The notes under the pieces were generated by a model, which worked only from the letters and a program-made list of their open reading frames with translations, was not told where the DNA came from and made no database searches. A stretch of 64,000 nucleotides of DNA from Stegostoma tigrinum (taxonomy: Eukaryota). A program made the translations under genes and the position numbers. The DNA is taken from positions 51,009,598 through 51,073,597 of the forward strand of contig NC_081369.1 of the NCBI RefSeq assembly GCF_030684315.1, given 5' to 3'. Below, in pieces: positions 48,931 through 63,804 of this stretch (position 1 is the stretch's first letter; every line of letters starts with the position of its first letter).

Positions 48931-51900
48931 CCCTACCCCACCCCCAACAAGTACACACACCGATCACCTTCAACAGCGAATATTTAAATATAAAACCCTC
49001 CCTAACTTAGAACTTGAGGGCAGCCATGGAAATTGATCCCTCAACGTTTATACAAGACAAGGGGGTAGTGACAGGAGTAATTCCATCAGCTATTATACGC
49101 TTCTTTTCCCCCCATGGTGGTGACAGAGTAATGTAGTGTCTTCTTAATGGAGGCACAAGGTCGGTTCGTGAATAGCATACACACACGCACGCACACGCAC
49201 AAAACTTACAAATGCCATCTGGAAAGAGGGACCCAGGATTGGAAACTAATTGGTCTATCCTCTCTCCCCGCTTTTTGCGATATGTTGTGAGCTGTACTTT
49301 TGCTCATCATTGTATTCAGCAAAAAAAAGCCCAAAAGCAGGAGTAACAGTGAAATGAAGGAGGCACATAAAACAATAGGATGAAGCATTTTGTCCAGTAA
49401 CGTGAATATCAAAACAAAGGGAGGTCATTTTATACAAGGTCAATATTTTGATTTGAGTGTTATAAATGATTCTACAATACACAGTAAAGAAAACAGTAAA
49501 ATGTATCTTCCTGACTGCTTTCTTGTACATTGCTCTTGGTAATAGTTTGTTTTGGTTATGTACTATCTATGCAGGATCATAGCAAACCATGCATTAGGCT
49601 GAAAGACTTGATGGCGCATGATGTTCTCTTAACTGGACTTTACGAGATGGGAGAGATTAGGGTACCGGCTGACGCGGAGGAAATGCTTTCCAATTCAGCT
49701 GTGTTTTCTGTTGCTGAAGTAGTATCAGGGTGTGTTGACAGGGGAGCAAACGTACTGACGTGTTGATACAATTTAAGTTAATGCCGCAACATAACAGGCG
49801 AGGTTTTGTTACTGAATTTTAAATCTTAAATACACTTGTAACGCCTTTGTAAATTATAAACTAGAAGAGAGCAGGAGCATAATATTTGCAGTGACCATGC
49901 AAAATAGTTACTGAACCAACGTGCAGCTAGTATTTGAAACAAAGTGAAACGGAATGGATAAAATACATTGACTTGGTGATAAGGTGCATTTGCTACTTCA
50001 CCTTATTTCAACTACGAGCATCCCATCATATACCCGTTAGGTGCTCTAGAATTTAAGTTTGTTTACAAGGGTTCATGTTGAACAGGCATGAGCTCCATAG
50101 TCCCCATTTTATGATTTCGGAACAGGTCACATCCTCACAGATTTCATTGACAGGCAGTCTTGGTCGAACCCTATACTTGGTAAAGGAGATGGATGGAGTC
50201 CAGAAGAGCGTTAACGTTATTTTACAGTCGCTAGTTACAAAAGCACCGTCTACAACGTTTTGGCTCAGAAAATCTAAATTACTTTTGTGGCGTCCCTCGC
50301 TCGACCTATTCCGGCTGCCTCTTGAGTCGAAGGGACAGATTTTCCATGACGTGATTGCACAAAATATGTGACAACTCTGTAGTTGAGGGAATTTACAGCC
50401 TCTTCCACAGTTTTATGATCTGATCTTGTATCGCCAGCATTAAACAAAACGCACAATTCGAGTCTGCTTTAACACAAACATTGGCACGACAGTCAACAGA
50501 CAAAATATGTAATTACTGGCAGTTTTTTCTATCAGAATTCCAAACTGAACAAAGGCAGCACACACGATAGTATCATTCATTAGCCGTTCTTGCTTCCTCA
50601 ACGACACCCAAATATTAGGATTCGCGTGTTGACAACCTCCAAGTATTAAAATGCAGGAACATGGTCCAAGTGTGTATGCGTTATAATACGGAAACGAATG
50701 GGGTTCGCGATCATGACTGTAACGCACGTGCAACCGATTTTGTCCCTTTACCTGCTCAAAGGCATCGCTGTTCTTGAGTGAAAGTTTCATTGGGTTTCAT
50801 GTGCGTGCGCCAATATTCCTAGCGGCGATTAGCCTTCTTTCGTTGTCTCCAAGCTTGTTGCGTTAGAGGTGCCATGAATCTATCCATTTCCCTCGCGCAG
50901 GCCAAAGGCTGGTAAAACTGACCCTCAACTACTTTTTTTACTGGGAGGGGGACGCTCGCATTTATCGCAATCACTGCCAATAAGTGATAAACCAAGCTTT
51001 TAGAATGCATTTCCCAAAACTTAGATTTATGTTAATAGGGATTTTTTTATCCACAGACAAGTCAAGATTAAAAGGCTAACTTTTTTAACTAAGTTGATGC
51101 ATGTGGGGCAAGACCACCATAGGCGTAATTCTGTCAATTTTTTTTGTTGCTGTCTTGTTAATTGTAGTTTTAATTGCCTTTTTAGTTAAGAGGGTGGGGT
51201 AATTGGTTTCACTATTCTCAAGCAAAATAACGCATGAATCCAAATTTGAATCTCCACACGCCAACGCACTCGATTGTGCAAAATATTCTTAATAAAAGCA
51301 TTGAATAATTAAAATTCTTTCGCCAATTTTTTGACCAATGATGTAACTGTCTGACCGGATTTGACTTTTGACTGTTTACAGCAACTTTGTGCACTATAAA
51401 CATATTTTCCAATCAGATAGATTATTTTCACTACACATTCTGCTCAAAGCGAAACATCTCGATTTCTAACTTTCTACTTAATTAGATACCTTTTGCAAGA
51501 TTTCCAGCTCCGTTTGAGTTCATTGTATTTTTTTCGTGCTTCATACAACAAGACTTGGAAAAGACCAGATTTGCTGTCTTGGTGTCGTGATAAACAAGTT
51601 TAACCCTCTTAGGTTCAAACCTCACGGAAGGGGATACTACATTGGTGTCTTAATGTAGAGACAGCGACTTAGTAATTTTCACAAGTGTCAGCATTTAAGG
51701 AACCCCTCTTTCTCAGCCAGAACCAGCAAAGCATATCTGTTGTCTTGTGAAATGTCCCAAGACGCTACAGACAGAAACAAACTCATGTTAGTTTGTTTGC
51801 ACAGATTGTGAAGGAACCCTGGTATCTATATTGTGGGCATTAACCATTCTCTGCGGTAGCCAGTTTCACATTTTTCACCATTCCTTATATAAAGAAGCTC

Positions 51901-52849
51901 CTTCTGAATTTCCTTTTGAATTTCTTGGCAATCGCCTTATCTTGATGAACTTTTGTTCTTGCTCTTCCCCGCAAAATTCATAATATTACTCAGGGTTTTC
52001 AGAAAATGCTGTTAAATCTATTTGCATGTCCTGGTACAAGTAACTGTCGGAAATATGCGTTTCTAAATCGAACCCCAGTTTAGCACTGAATAACTGTCAA
52101 CAGGCTAAAAAGCAGGTTCGAACGAAATCACTTTCAATGTTTACCTCAACTGTGTACAAACGTGACAATATAATTAGACACTCATGAATTAGTGGCCACT
52201 CCAATTTCCAACCAGTTTAAATAAGTATCAAAATGCAATATCTTTGCCCATTTTTCAAACTGTCACTTTTATCAGCTGAGGTCAATTCGAGATAATGTTT
52301 TCCAGATCTCCTGCTGTTGGAATGATCTTTTTGAGGAGAGATTGACCCATTTAAAAGTGCATGCGGTTGCGAAAATAGTGATGCTAACGTTGTAAATGTC
52401 AATTGTGTGCAGAGTGCATTGTATTAAGGTAGCTCGGTGTTGAGGATTACAGTTATTGTGTTCGGAAATTGTAATTCTACCGAGTAAGCACTAGAGGTCT
52501 TTCTTCGAGGTTCTTCATTGATTGAAAGCAGGACTGAATGTTGCAGGGACATAGCCGACTTGACCTGAAGTAAACACACATGATAAGGGACTATCACTGT
52601 CAAGAGACTAGAATAAAAGGAACAAATGCATATTTACTTCTATGTCAGTTGTGGTCGTTTAGCGAATTTTGGCCAGTTCAAAAGTCAGTTACTTCCACAC
52701 CCTACGGCAATACCAACGAAATAGTTTCAGCATTAAGAAATTCAGCAGGGTCTACGTTTTGTTGTGTCAACGATCTTACAGTAGACAATAAATAAATCTG
52801 GAGAAAGATACAAAACAGTCCTAACTAGCACACAACAAATACTATGAAC

Positions 52850-53267
52850 ACAGGTTGGGACTCATTGGAATTTAGAAAAATAAGAGGTGATCTCATTGAA
52901 AGATATTGGATTCTAAGGGGGCTTGACAGTGTAAATGATAAGAGAATGTTTCCCCTCACGGGATAGTCTTAGACCAGAGGGCACAGCTTTAGAATTAAGG
53001 GACACCAATTTAAGTCTAAGATGAGGGGAAATTTCTTCTCACAAAGGGATATGAGCCTTTGGAAGTCCTAGCCTCAGAGAGCTGCGGGAACAGAGTCCTT
53101 GTGTCTATTTAAGGCTGATATACATTCTTGATCAATAGCGGAAGCAAGGGTTGTGGGAAAAGCTTAGGAAAGTGAGGTGTGTCAGATCATCCACGATCCT
53201 ATTGAATGGCAGAGCAGTTTCAAGGGGCTGAACGACCTATTCCTATTTCGAAATCTTATGGTCTTAA
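52850..53267 (+). mobile_element. CR1-type LINE 3' fragment
   Basis: AGAGGTGATCTCATTGAA...AATTTCTTCTCACAAAGGG...TCTTATGGTCTT end. Confidence 0.8.
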
Positions 53268-53327
53268 TTGTTTCATTAAACATTTCCTTCGATACTAGAA
53301 ACATAAGGCTTGAAGAAATCACACTTA

Positions 53328-53455
53328 GCTGAAAACGTTAACTCTGTTTCTCTCTCCACAAATGCTGCCAGACCCGCTAAGCACTTTCCACAATTGCTGT
53401 TTTTGTTTCAGGTTTTTAGGATTTATTTATCTGCAAAGATTTACGCTTTCGTTTT
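53328..53455 (+). mobile_element. Penelope 3' fragment (second family)
   Basis: GAAAACGTTAACTCTGTTTCTCTCTCCACAAATGCTGCCAGACC, similar to 21215-21290. Confidence 0.75.
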
Positions 53456-55200
53456 AAGGAGCTTAGAAATTTGAAACAGAATCTGAAAATAGTAAAAGGT
53501 ACAGCAGATCGGTCAAAACATGAAATTGTTCTAAGGTTGGTTCATCGAAAGTCGTTAGAAGTAGAGAATAGGTTAAGAGAAATACACGTGTTGTCATTAG
53601 CGAGAAATTGGGAGATTTGGGAGAAATCGATGACCAAGTACATAGATAGCCAATGATAGAATCGACTTGACAGTGAATTCCGAATAGTTATTACCCTTTG
53701 TTTTTGCACAATAGCCACAACTTAGTGACAATTTACACACTAGAACACACTGTAGCACAAGCACACCAGTTTTTCTTTAAAATGCAAATTAATTGTACAA
53801 GTTCATGCTGAGGCAGTTTCGAAGTTCTTGGATTAGTAGCACTGAGCAGGTGAATTTTTCGAACAGTTGAGTGAGAACGAAAAATTACATTCTTCGCAAA
53901 TTCTAGCTTAGAAATACTTTTAGGACGGCTTGTTGCTTTAGAAAACGTTCCACCGTCTCAGTGAGAAAGCTTTGGTCGAATGTCCAGAACTCATCGATGC
54001 AAACTTAATGCAACCACATTGCTAACGACGATTAAATAGCGGCAGGTTGTATCGATTTGTACGGTGTCCCTAACATGATACGTGTTGATTGTACTCAAGT
54101 GCTGTTATAAGTCTGTCATGTACAAAGAATTCCTGTCTCGTCCGTTTTGCCACATGGACCTTCTTTTGCGCCAGTGCGGAAAATGATGGTCTGGAAATGC
54201 ATGAAAGATCACATGGGTTTAGTATGATAATCTAACGAAGACTATCTGGTGTATCAGATCAATCAGAACAAATACTTCTTGGAAACAAGTATAGAACATA
54301 GAACATTTTAAATATTTTAAAATATGATCATGTAAAATTAGTTGTCAAACTTAATCTCCTGAAATCTAAATCTCGTGTGATACATCTTAAGTGAATTATA
54401 TTTTTGGATCATTGACTTGTCTCTGTGTTGGCCCAGGAGCACCAAAAGGACATATGTGAAGTGAGTTCAGCAAAGTTTTGAAACTTGGATACGCACAGCA
54501 GAAACAGAATAATCACATGGCATATCCGTTTCGGATTTCAACTTATTTCGTTTCCAAACAATTTCGTTGAAATATATTAGAATAGGATTTAAGAATTTAA
54601 GATTTTTTTTTAAAGTTGCTCTATGCTTTGGATTTCATGATTCAATTAGTTACATAATAACTTGGCACATTTTCTTCATTCGCTAGAAAATCCTGATTTA
54701 CATCTTTACGACATAATTGAATATCTTCAAATTAGGTCGATACTAGACTTAAAAAAATGCTACGATCTCAATTGCTCACCCGTTTATCAGAAGATTCTTA
54801 TAAAGTTGGAGTTTACTTATTCTGAGATTAGATACAATGCACATCACGGCGATTTTCATTGTGTTGTGTACAAGAGTAGGTAACTAGGTGTTAAATTAAT
54901 ACAAGATTGTAATTTTCACTTATTGGTAGTGCAGGGAAACGAAAGGTTATATTTGCTGTCTTTTATTTGAGAGTCAATGAAAAATGTAAATATTGCGTCT
55001 TATATCTATCATTGTCTTTTGTCTGCTAGTGTTTTTATTTTTATTAACATCTTTGTTAACCTAGGGTTGCTTTAACCAGATAGGACTAAATTGGCAATAT
55101 TTGTTTGTTCACAACATTCAATTAAAATTGGTACAACACTAGACCTCTTGCACACTTATTTTTTTCTACGTTAAACAAAGAATTGCTGTAGATTGCCACA

Positions 55201-55530
55201 TGTGACTTATCCTTCCCAGTGATATGTTACAGTGTTGTCTCCTTCTCCAGTATTGTATAGTATCCTTCCCAATGATATGTTACAGTGTTGTATCCTTCTC
55301 ATTAATGTGTTGTAGTCTGTACAGTAACCCTTCCAGTGGTGTTGTGGTGCTGTATCCTTCCTGGTGCTGTGTTATAGTGTTTTACAGTATCCTTTCCAGT
55401 GTTATGTAACAAGAGCTGTACCTTTCCCAATGACATGTTACAGTGCCTCATCCTTTCCAGTGATGTGTTACAAAGCTGTATCTTACCCAGTGATATGTTA
55501 GCGTTGCAGACTTCTCAGTGATGTCATACA
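55201..55530. repeat. Degenerate ~30-bp minisatellite
   Basis: About ten imperfect copies of TATCCTTCCCAGTGATATGTTACAGTGTTG. Confidence 0.8.
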
Positions 55531-58424
55531 CTTTTGTATATGCATGGCATTTTCGTTTGGATATTTTTCCAAATTATTTCCGGACACTCCAAGCCCGCTT
55601 ATTCTGGTCGGAAACCATAAGACTGGATCTCTAGTAACGTGCGTCCATTTGCTTCAAAGAATAATCCTTTGTCACCTCTTCATTCTTGACTAGTGAAATC
55701 TATTTAGAAACACCATGGACTGATAAGTGGGATTGGGGTGTAAACCGCCTTTAGTTTAGTGCAATCTATGTTTTCCCTCCCTTTCCCTTTGGAAGTGATT
55801 GCACGGATATCGGCGCAGGCTTGGAGGGCCGAAGGGCCTGTTCCTGTGCTGTAGGTTTCTTTGTGTTTCTTTTGGATATGGGCTAACGATACAAACCCTT
55901 AGTATTTCAGTCCACTTTACAATGGGTTGGTTGATATGTCCCAAAAAAAACACTTGGAGGTGGTTTCCTACCGAAGCAATAAGTGGTTGCTTTAAGAAAA
56001 AATTACGATTTTGTTCTACACAGTTAAGAAAGACTTTTTACCCAGCCTCGGCTGACATTTTCCATTAGGGTTCTTAAGTGTACGTTAACCGCATTTCTTC
56101 ATGCAAATTATCAAGCTGAGAGGTTATGATTTGCTGTTCACAAGCAACTAGAGTCACTGATGTCTGCAGTTTTGTTTTTCAAACGTAATGCATTCTTTAA
56201 GTCTCGTAAGAACTGCCTTGTTTATCAATTAGAGGAATACCAGATCCATCACACAAAATATAAGCTGTCTAGTTTTTGTTTTGCATACAATCTGTTGAAG
56301 AAACACCAATGCCCGAAGCGCGCCATTATTAGCCCACCAACCAAAGAACAATTCCAGTCGATATGATTCTAGTGGGATACGTTATTATCCGTGTGGAGAG
56401 TGTACAATAGCGCTGATTCTTATTTATTGTCCTGTACATTCTTCATTTTAATAATTTCACGCTAGGAAACGCAATAACCAAATGAATTGGTGATCTCTAT
56501 CTTACAAAAATATATTTCTAGGCCTGCACAAACTCATAATTTACTATTGTCGAAGATTCAAAGAAATAACAAAAAAATCACAGCGGCATCCCGATTTTAA
56601 TTGTTACGATCTCAGAGAGACTTTAGGACCTCATGACGTTTGCCACTATATTTCTATAGATTCTAACGTACACCATTATTTCTGGATAAGAACGTCAGCT
56701 CCACACGTGCTGTGTGCATACAATCTAATCAGCAAAATGCTAATATATTAATTTATTTACAGAAAACATTTCCCAAACAGCCGAAAAAAAAGCAAACGTG
56801 ACGGATGCATTCTGTTTCCTGCACGCTGCACGAAAATAGTCTAAAATCTGGATTTAACATTTTCGCGTGTGGGGCAAAACATTCGCCAACCACGTTCCCA
56901 AAACTCAGCAGCACAGTTAAGGTTACTTTTTGAAGAAAACATATTTTGTCTTTACGATCTGATCTGTAGGACTCGACTTCCCCATCTGACGCCACCGTTT
57001 GTTTTAAAGATAGAGCGCTGAGAGCGGCTCAGAAATTGGGGGTTCAATGGGTTTAACAAAAACTTCATTATTTCATGACTCACATCGCTGAAAGCTAAAT
57101 AAGCCAATCATTCTCTCAATGGGTGGTATCTGTGGAACTCACTGTAGCTGTTCTAAATTCTCGCTTTGATAAATTGATGCTATAGTCACAAAGAACATAA
57201 ATCATACAACACACATTCGATTAATCATGATCAAAGTTGCCACAGCTAGTCATTTGGCTCATTTTCAATTTCTGCATTTGTTGAACTGAACGTTTCGCCA
57301 AAGTAAAATGCGAGGACATGAAGGTTTGTCAATGAGGGGGCTATTACCCTGGGTCAACGTTTTTCACAGCCTTTCGTGCATTTGCGTTTTTTTTAGCAAT
57401 ACAGCGCGTTTCAAAAGACGTGTTATCAACCAAAATCCGCACGGTTTGTAATGTGCAATCAATAATCCTTCTTACGCGGATTGCAATCTTAAGTCTTAAA
57501 AAAAACAGCCACATCAAAATCGATGCAATTACCTTTTATGCCATACAATCCACACGAGCGATTACAGTTCCTCTGTGTAACATCTGGGATTTTGTTTGAG
57601 GTTTCTTTAAACGCATCCTGAAATTTGATTGACAAAGCATAATATTTATTACTGTAAGATTGCTGAATGGTTCTTCCACCATTCAAATCCACCATAGGTC
57701 CTGGCAGAGAAACCGCTGTAATTTAGTATTGAATATAGTTTAAAACACAATTAGCAAGTAGTTTTGAATTACAGAAGTCTGGAAATGAGTTTGAATTTCA
57801 ACCTTTTCGATGGAAGAGGTATTCGATTTATTTGCTAAGGACGGTGCACCGTCGTGGACCATTAGTCAGTCTTTTCACAAATTAAAAAGAACATTCAAAA
57901 CTACCATCGACTTTATCTAAGACGTTTTATTTAGTTGAATGCAATTGCTGATTGCTTTTTTGGTGTCAGCTGTGCTGACTCTAGTGACAGCTCATCACCC
58001 AGAGAAAAAAATCGCAAGAGTTAATGGTAATGATGGGATTACAACCAAAAACTTTAAGGGTTGTAACAAAAAGAAATACTTGCATTTATATAACACCTTT
58101 TGCAACCTTGGACCACCCAAACATCCATTACAGACAGTGAAACACATTCAGAGTTTATTCACTGATGAGAAGGTAGTTTTTGTACAGAAAATTTCCACAA
58201 GCAAGAATGCGATTATCAGATTTTGTTTTTGTGTGATCATGATTGAGAAGCAAAAATTGTCCTAGATACTAAGTGAATCTCCAATGCCTGTCCTCAAGCA
58301 ATATCAAGAAACATTTTACATCCACTGAACCTCTCAGCCATTTGAGCTTTTAGTGTATCATTTCATCTGAAAGATAGTACAACCAACAACATTTGGTTAA
58401 GTTAAAACATCTTACATGCATTCA

Positions 58425-58515
58425 AGATAAAGTGTGGAGCTGGATGAACACAGCAGGCCAAACAGCATCTTAGGAGCACAAAAGCTGACGTTTTGGGCCT
58501 CGACCCTTCATCAGA
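58425..58515 (-). mobile_element. Penelope 3' fragment with decayed hammerhead core
   Basis: rc of CTGATGAAGGGTCGAGGCCCAAAACGTCAGC...; flanked by CATGCATTCA at 58415-58424 and 58530-58539. Confidence 0.82.
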
Positions 58516-58787
58516 AAAAGCATGCATTGCATGCATTCATATTGATTAAGACAGGCTTTGATTTTCAGGTAACACGGTCTGAAGCTGGATGAGCTTTGAT
58601 TTTCATATTTAGTTCAGAAGCAAGTGATTGGAGCTGTCTGGCTGTGTAGTCAAATTAGGACATTAGCTTTAACCTAAAACAAGGATCTCTTGTTGCCCAT
58701 CCTCAAAATATCAATGAAGTTGTAGCTCATGTTCTCATTGGCATATACATTACTTTTGGAATGATTCACATGACCCTCAGAAAATAA

Positions 58788-58990
58788 AAGTCATACAGCA
58801 TGGGAACAGACCCTTCAACCCAACTTGTCCATGCCAAACAGGTTTTCCAAACTAAACTAGTCCCATTTGCCCGTTTTTGGCCCATTATCCCTCTAAACCT
58901 TTTTTTATTCATGTAACTGTCCAAATGTATTCTAAATGTTGTAACAGTACCTGCTTCCACCACTTTCCCTGGCAGTTCATTACATAACAG
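58788..58990 (-). mobile_element. CR1-type LINE 3' fragment
   Basis: NELPGKVVEAGTVTTFRIHLDSYM, typical CR1 ORF2 end. Confidence 0.8.
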
Positions 58991-59004
58991 TCTTTTAACA
59001 TTCA

Positions 59005-59400
59005 TTTACTTTTTGTAAAAATCATTCGTTGGATATGGGCCTCTCTGATGGCCAGTACTTATTGCTGATTTCTAATTGCTTTGCAGAAAGTGATGGTAAG
59101 CTGCCGTCTTGAACTACAACACTCAGTGGGTTTTAGAAACATCCACAGTGCTGCTAGGAAGGAGTTTCAAGATTTTCATTCCAGTGACAGTTGAGGAACA
59201 GTGGTACAGTTCCAAGTCAGGATGTTGTGTGAGTTGGTGTGGAACTTGAAAGTGATGGGATTTACCTTCTGGACAATTTCAAAGGTTTGGAAGGTACTGT
59301 TGAAGGATATTGTGTATTGGACATTGGGCAACCTGCTGTCATTTTGCGTCAGTGGTAAAGATAGTAAATGTTGAATGTGATGGATGAGTTGCCATTAAAT
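59005..59400 (-). mobile_element. Degenerate LINE/SINE 3' fragment
   Basis: Similar to 12140-12600. Confidence 0.6.
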
Positions 59401-61849
59401 AATAATTCCACCATGAACTGTCACGGTGACAATACAGTACACAATAGATCTGGAGTCAGTAGCCAATCTGATTCTATACTGAAATTATATTAGGCGCTCT
59501 CATGAACATAGTCTCTCAGCTCCTGGCGCCTTTGTGAACCTACCTTCTTCAGGAGTAACTGAAAAATTGATAACACATAGAACATTCCAATCTGATCAAG
59601 CTAGGATTGAATCCTGATTGAGATGAGCCTGTCAATTAACACTTAGGCTTTGATGCTTTAAAATGAACATAAAACACATAGTGCATTGTCAAGTATAGCA
59701 GTCCTGTGCTCAGGGAACACATCATCATTTGACCGACCGTGAGCAAAGTTACAAGAGATATCTTAATGCCTTTGTTTATAAAAATGTTCTTTATATTTTC
59801 AGGAAGATTGCCCATAATGAATAAGTATAGAATGTTGAAACCATACCTAGTTAAGATTCTAGCAATGATGAACTCAATATTAGTTATAATGTATGTGGAT
59901 GTGTGAGTATGTGTATTGCATGTGAAAGATTAGGCTTGCAGCTTTTGGAGGAAAGCAGCTAAGGTGGCTGGTATTGGTAACATGATAACTGCAGATAGGT
60001 TATTAGACATTAATAGGAAGTTTTTCCAGAATTTCTCACCATAATATCTTTTAATGGTAATGATTTGGAACCTAATTCAACTTTCAAATTTTCTTTTCAC
60101 TAAACTTTTACCGAGTTTACTTTACACTGCACCCAGAATTAAAACATGTTTACATTTCTGAAAAGTTGACATTCCAGAGTGTAGTTGCATGGATGCATAC
60201 ACTTAAGCAAGTCAGTAAAACATGAGACATGCAATATATTTTAAATCATGATACAAAAAACTCAAAAGCATTCTAAGTTATGTTGTTTACAAGATATACC
60301 ACTTGGCCTGGCTAAATACCATAGCAACTGTATGATTTGAATTTATACCTTATGGTAATTCACTATATGTGCATGATTTATGGTAATCTTCATCTATAAT
60401 GTGCAAGTAATATAATCCATTGTGTATGTTCCAAATTTTCATGAGATGAACAACAATAATGCACAAATATTAAATCCTAACCATAGGGAAATTTATTCAT
60501 ATATCATATATAATAATATATACAGCCTTTTCCTTCTATACAAACCAACACAAGCACCATTAAAACAGCATAATTGCAGCTTTTGTAACTTCTAATGAAT
60601 GGAATCTAGGTAAAAAGAATATACAATATGGTAAAATTTAGGTTAGCTCTTTTTGCACAACATCTATGATTGTTTATTATGAGAAAAGGTGACTACATTT
60701 CAGGATCTTTTACAAACTTGGGCGGCTTTCAGAAATGTAGTGAAGTGTTGATAGGTGATAAGATAATGAAAGTTCAGTGATCTGAAGAGAAAATCACATC
60801 TTAGAGTGTAGCGCAGTACTGGGTGGCATTTTAAATGGAGCATCATTCTTTTTGCTACTCTGTCATTGGTTAACAAATGGATTATTTCCTTCTGAAGCTA
60901 AACAGAATATTCACAAGATACAAACTGACTAAGCATTGTGATTAGAAAGCCCAAACTAAGTAATCTTATTTAGTCTACAAAAATACATAAACAATAAACT
61001 ACAACATGTTTCCTTTTAAATTGCCCATTATTTTAGTTAAAGTTTGGCCACGTATTACAATCTTTAAATATTTCTCAGATGGTTGACTTGGTAATAACTT
61101 AGAGTTTAAATTTCATTAAATGAATCACTTCGCTGAAAACATGTAATGTTATTCCCTATTATTTTAACTGAACTCATTGTTTGATATGAAAAGTATTTGG
61201 AATATGGTCCCATGAATGCGTTAAATGTGAACATTGAAACAAAACAAAATTCAGTGTAAATCCAGAGGGAACAACATCAGAATTAAATTGTAACTGTTGA
61301 AATTAATCTTTTCAGTAGACTTTTGAAGCAATTAATAAAGTATCTTTTAAATGGGAAAACTGACAACATTAAGATTTCAATTATTGTATGTTTGAAATAT
61401 GAATTTGCTTATCATCACTTACCAATTTGTACCATTACAATTTAATAATGTGGAAGAATAATTAACATGGACTGAAAAATTACGAAATTGAGAGAAGATT
61501 AAAAAAATCAAGAGATGGTCAGATGATAATTTTTTTTTGGAATTTTAAAATCAAGTAGTTTCAGGGATGACAAATAATAAAAGTAAGGAATTTTACAAGC
61601 TTGAGATTCTGGGAATGAACACATTAGCATAGGGGATGAACTTAGTCAGCTCAGTTTAACAAAAGCATGGTGCAAGGAAATGGAAGAATTGAGAGAAATT
61701 GTTGAGAGGAGACATGAATGAAAAAGATTAAAAGCTACTATGATCATACTAATAAAGCAAGTAAAAGTCTCATGCATCCCCTTCTGACATGTTGGAGCAT
61801 ATGTTGCACACCTCCTCAGATATGACACAAATAATCTGGCTTCGGATAG

Positions 61850-62365
61850 ACAGGGTTTTAAAATTACTTAAGGGTGTTAATGGTGAATAAGCAGCTAATG
61901 AGGTAAAAAGAAGTACTGAAAACTGGGTTTATAGAGGCTGCTAATTTAACATCAGGGAGATAATAAGGCCCAGAAGAAAACCACATACTTTTTGAGACCT
62001 CTCATGAGAAGTCTTGATGACTTCTTGATGAAATAAGGAAAAAATGTTCCCACTCATTAAAGGATCAAGAATATGAAGGCACAGATTTAAAGTGGTGTTG
62101 GCCAGAAAAGAACTAAATATGATATGAGGAAAAGTCTTTTTTTCATACAACGTGCGGTTGGGATCCGAACTGTACGATGTGAGAATGTGGTGGAGGCAGG
62201 TTCAGTTGAGGCATTTGAAAGCAATGTAGATGGCTGTGTGAAAGCAATGTGCAGGATTACAGGGAGAAGGCATCAGAATGGCAGTAAATGAAAAGCTTAT
62301 TTGGAGAACTGGTGCAGGCACAATGGATTGAATTATCTCCTCCTGCGCTGTACCAATTCTGTGAC
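61850..62365 (+). mobile_element. CR1-type LINE 3' fragment
   Basis: GGCACAGATTTAAAGTG...GTGGTGGAGGCAGGTTCA...CTCCTCCTGCGCTGTA end. Confidence 0.7.
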
Positions 62366-63804
62366 TCATATATGACACATCCTGATTTAATTATGCACAA
62401 TAACTCTTCTACCATTATTTCCCTTAAAACAGCCTGTGCCTCAGTGCAAGTAATATTTAGTTAATTCAGTTAGCTTTTAAATGTTGATGGGTTTTATAGA
62501 TATTAATCCCACAACAGAGATTGATAATATAATTAAGCAGTTACGTGGATAACATTGTTTCGTCTAAACAGTGAAACAAAATCATGCAAATTAAAATGTA
62601 CTATTCTGTTGATGTGATGGGTATAATTTCTTTTTATTTTGCACTGTTGTTGCACTGAGTTTCTAGGCTGAGTTACAGACAGGGCATGGTTCATAGGCAG
62701 TAGATATCTTGGTTTTGTTTTGCTTGATAATACATCTCACTCTGTTTTCCTTACATGCACATATGGATCCATTACTTCATCACAGCATTAAAACGGATTC
62801 TGCTTATGTTTATAAATGTTGTAAAAATCCAACTGGCTACCTAAGCACTTTTTAAACCTACTTGACTGTACTGGACACATGCCCTACATAATAACAAACC
62901 CGTATGATTTAAGATGGTTCTCCCAATGATGTCTCACACTGCTTAGCTTATGAGCACTTTGGAGATAATTTATAGCCTGACTGCAGAATTAATTTGTCCC
63001 TTTTGTTTCACTCTAAAAGAAAGATTTATTGTTTTTATCAGAATTTGATCATTTAACTGGAACCCTTTCCTTCTTTATTCTTAAATATTAGTTATTTCTG
63101 AAGCTGGGGATTGAAGTGGTGGAAAGGATAATTTCTTTTGAGTATGGGGCAAATTGAGATGCGTGCAAGATGGCAAAAAAAAATTCTTATACCACAACGA
63201 TGTTTGAAGTGTTCCTTTCCAACAAAGAGAAAGGTGTTTCAAATTAAACCAAATGTTTATATCAATGTAGAAAGAAATAACCTGGATACATGCATAAGTA
63301 ACATGCAGAAACAAACACATAATGGATTCAGAATGCATTGATCATGATGAGTTTTTTTTTAATTAAGTGACAATATTGACATATAGACAAAGGGCTATAG
63401 TAAATAAAAGCTGGAGTAATTCCTTCATCCTCTCAAGGCCACATGGGTATCATGGGCAAGACCAGGGTTTATTGCCTGTTTCTATTTGCCCGTTAACTGA
63501 CTGACTTGCAAGGCTATTTCAGAAAGCAGTTCAGAGGATGGTGTATCTTTGGAATTCTCTACCCTGGGAGGAAGCTCAGTCTTTGAATATTGCCGAAGAA
63601 GAGGTTGAGTAGATATCAGATATAAAATGGCCAGTTAGTACAGGAGGCAGTCAGAGACTTCTTTGCCCTTCAAGCAGGTGTGGGCGGTTGGGGATTTTGG
63701 ATATGGAGGAAGAATAAGGCAAAATAAATACAGAAATTGTGGGTGAGGAGGCAAAGAAATGTTGGAGAGGAGATTATTGCAGTGATAGAAACATGAATAA
63801 AAGC

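Noticed and set aside
55201-55530. CRISPR-like periodic array
   Set aside because: Degenerate head-to-tail minisatellite without unique spacers; eukaryotic context with no cas genes
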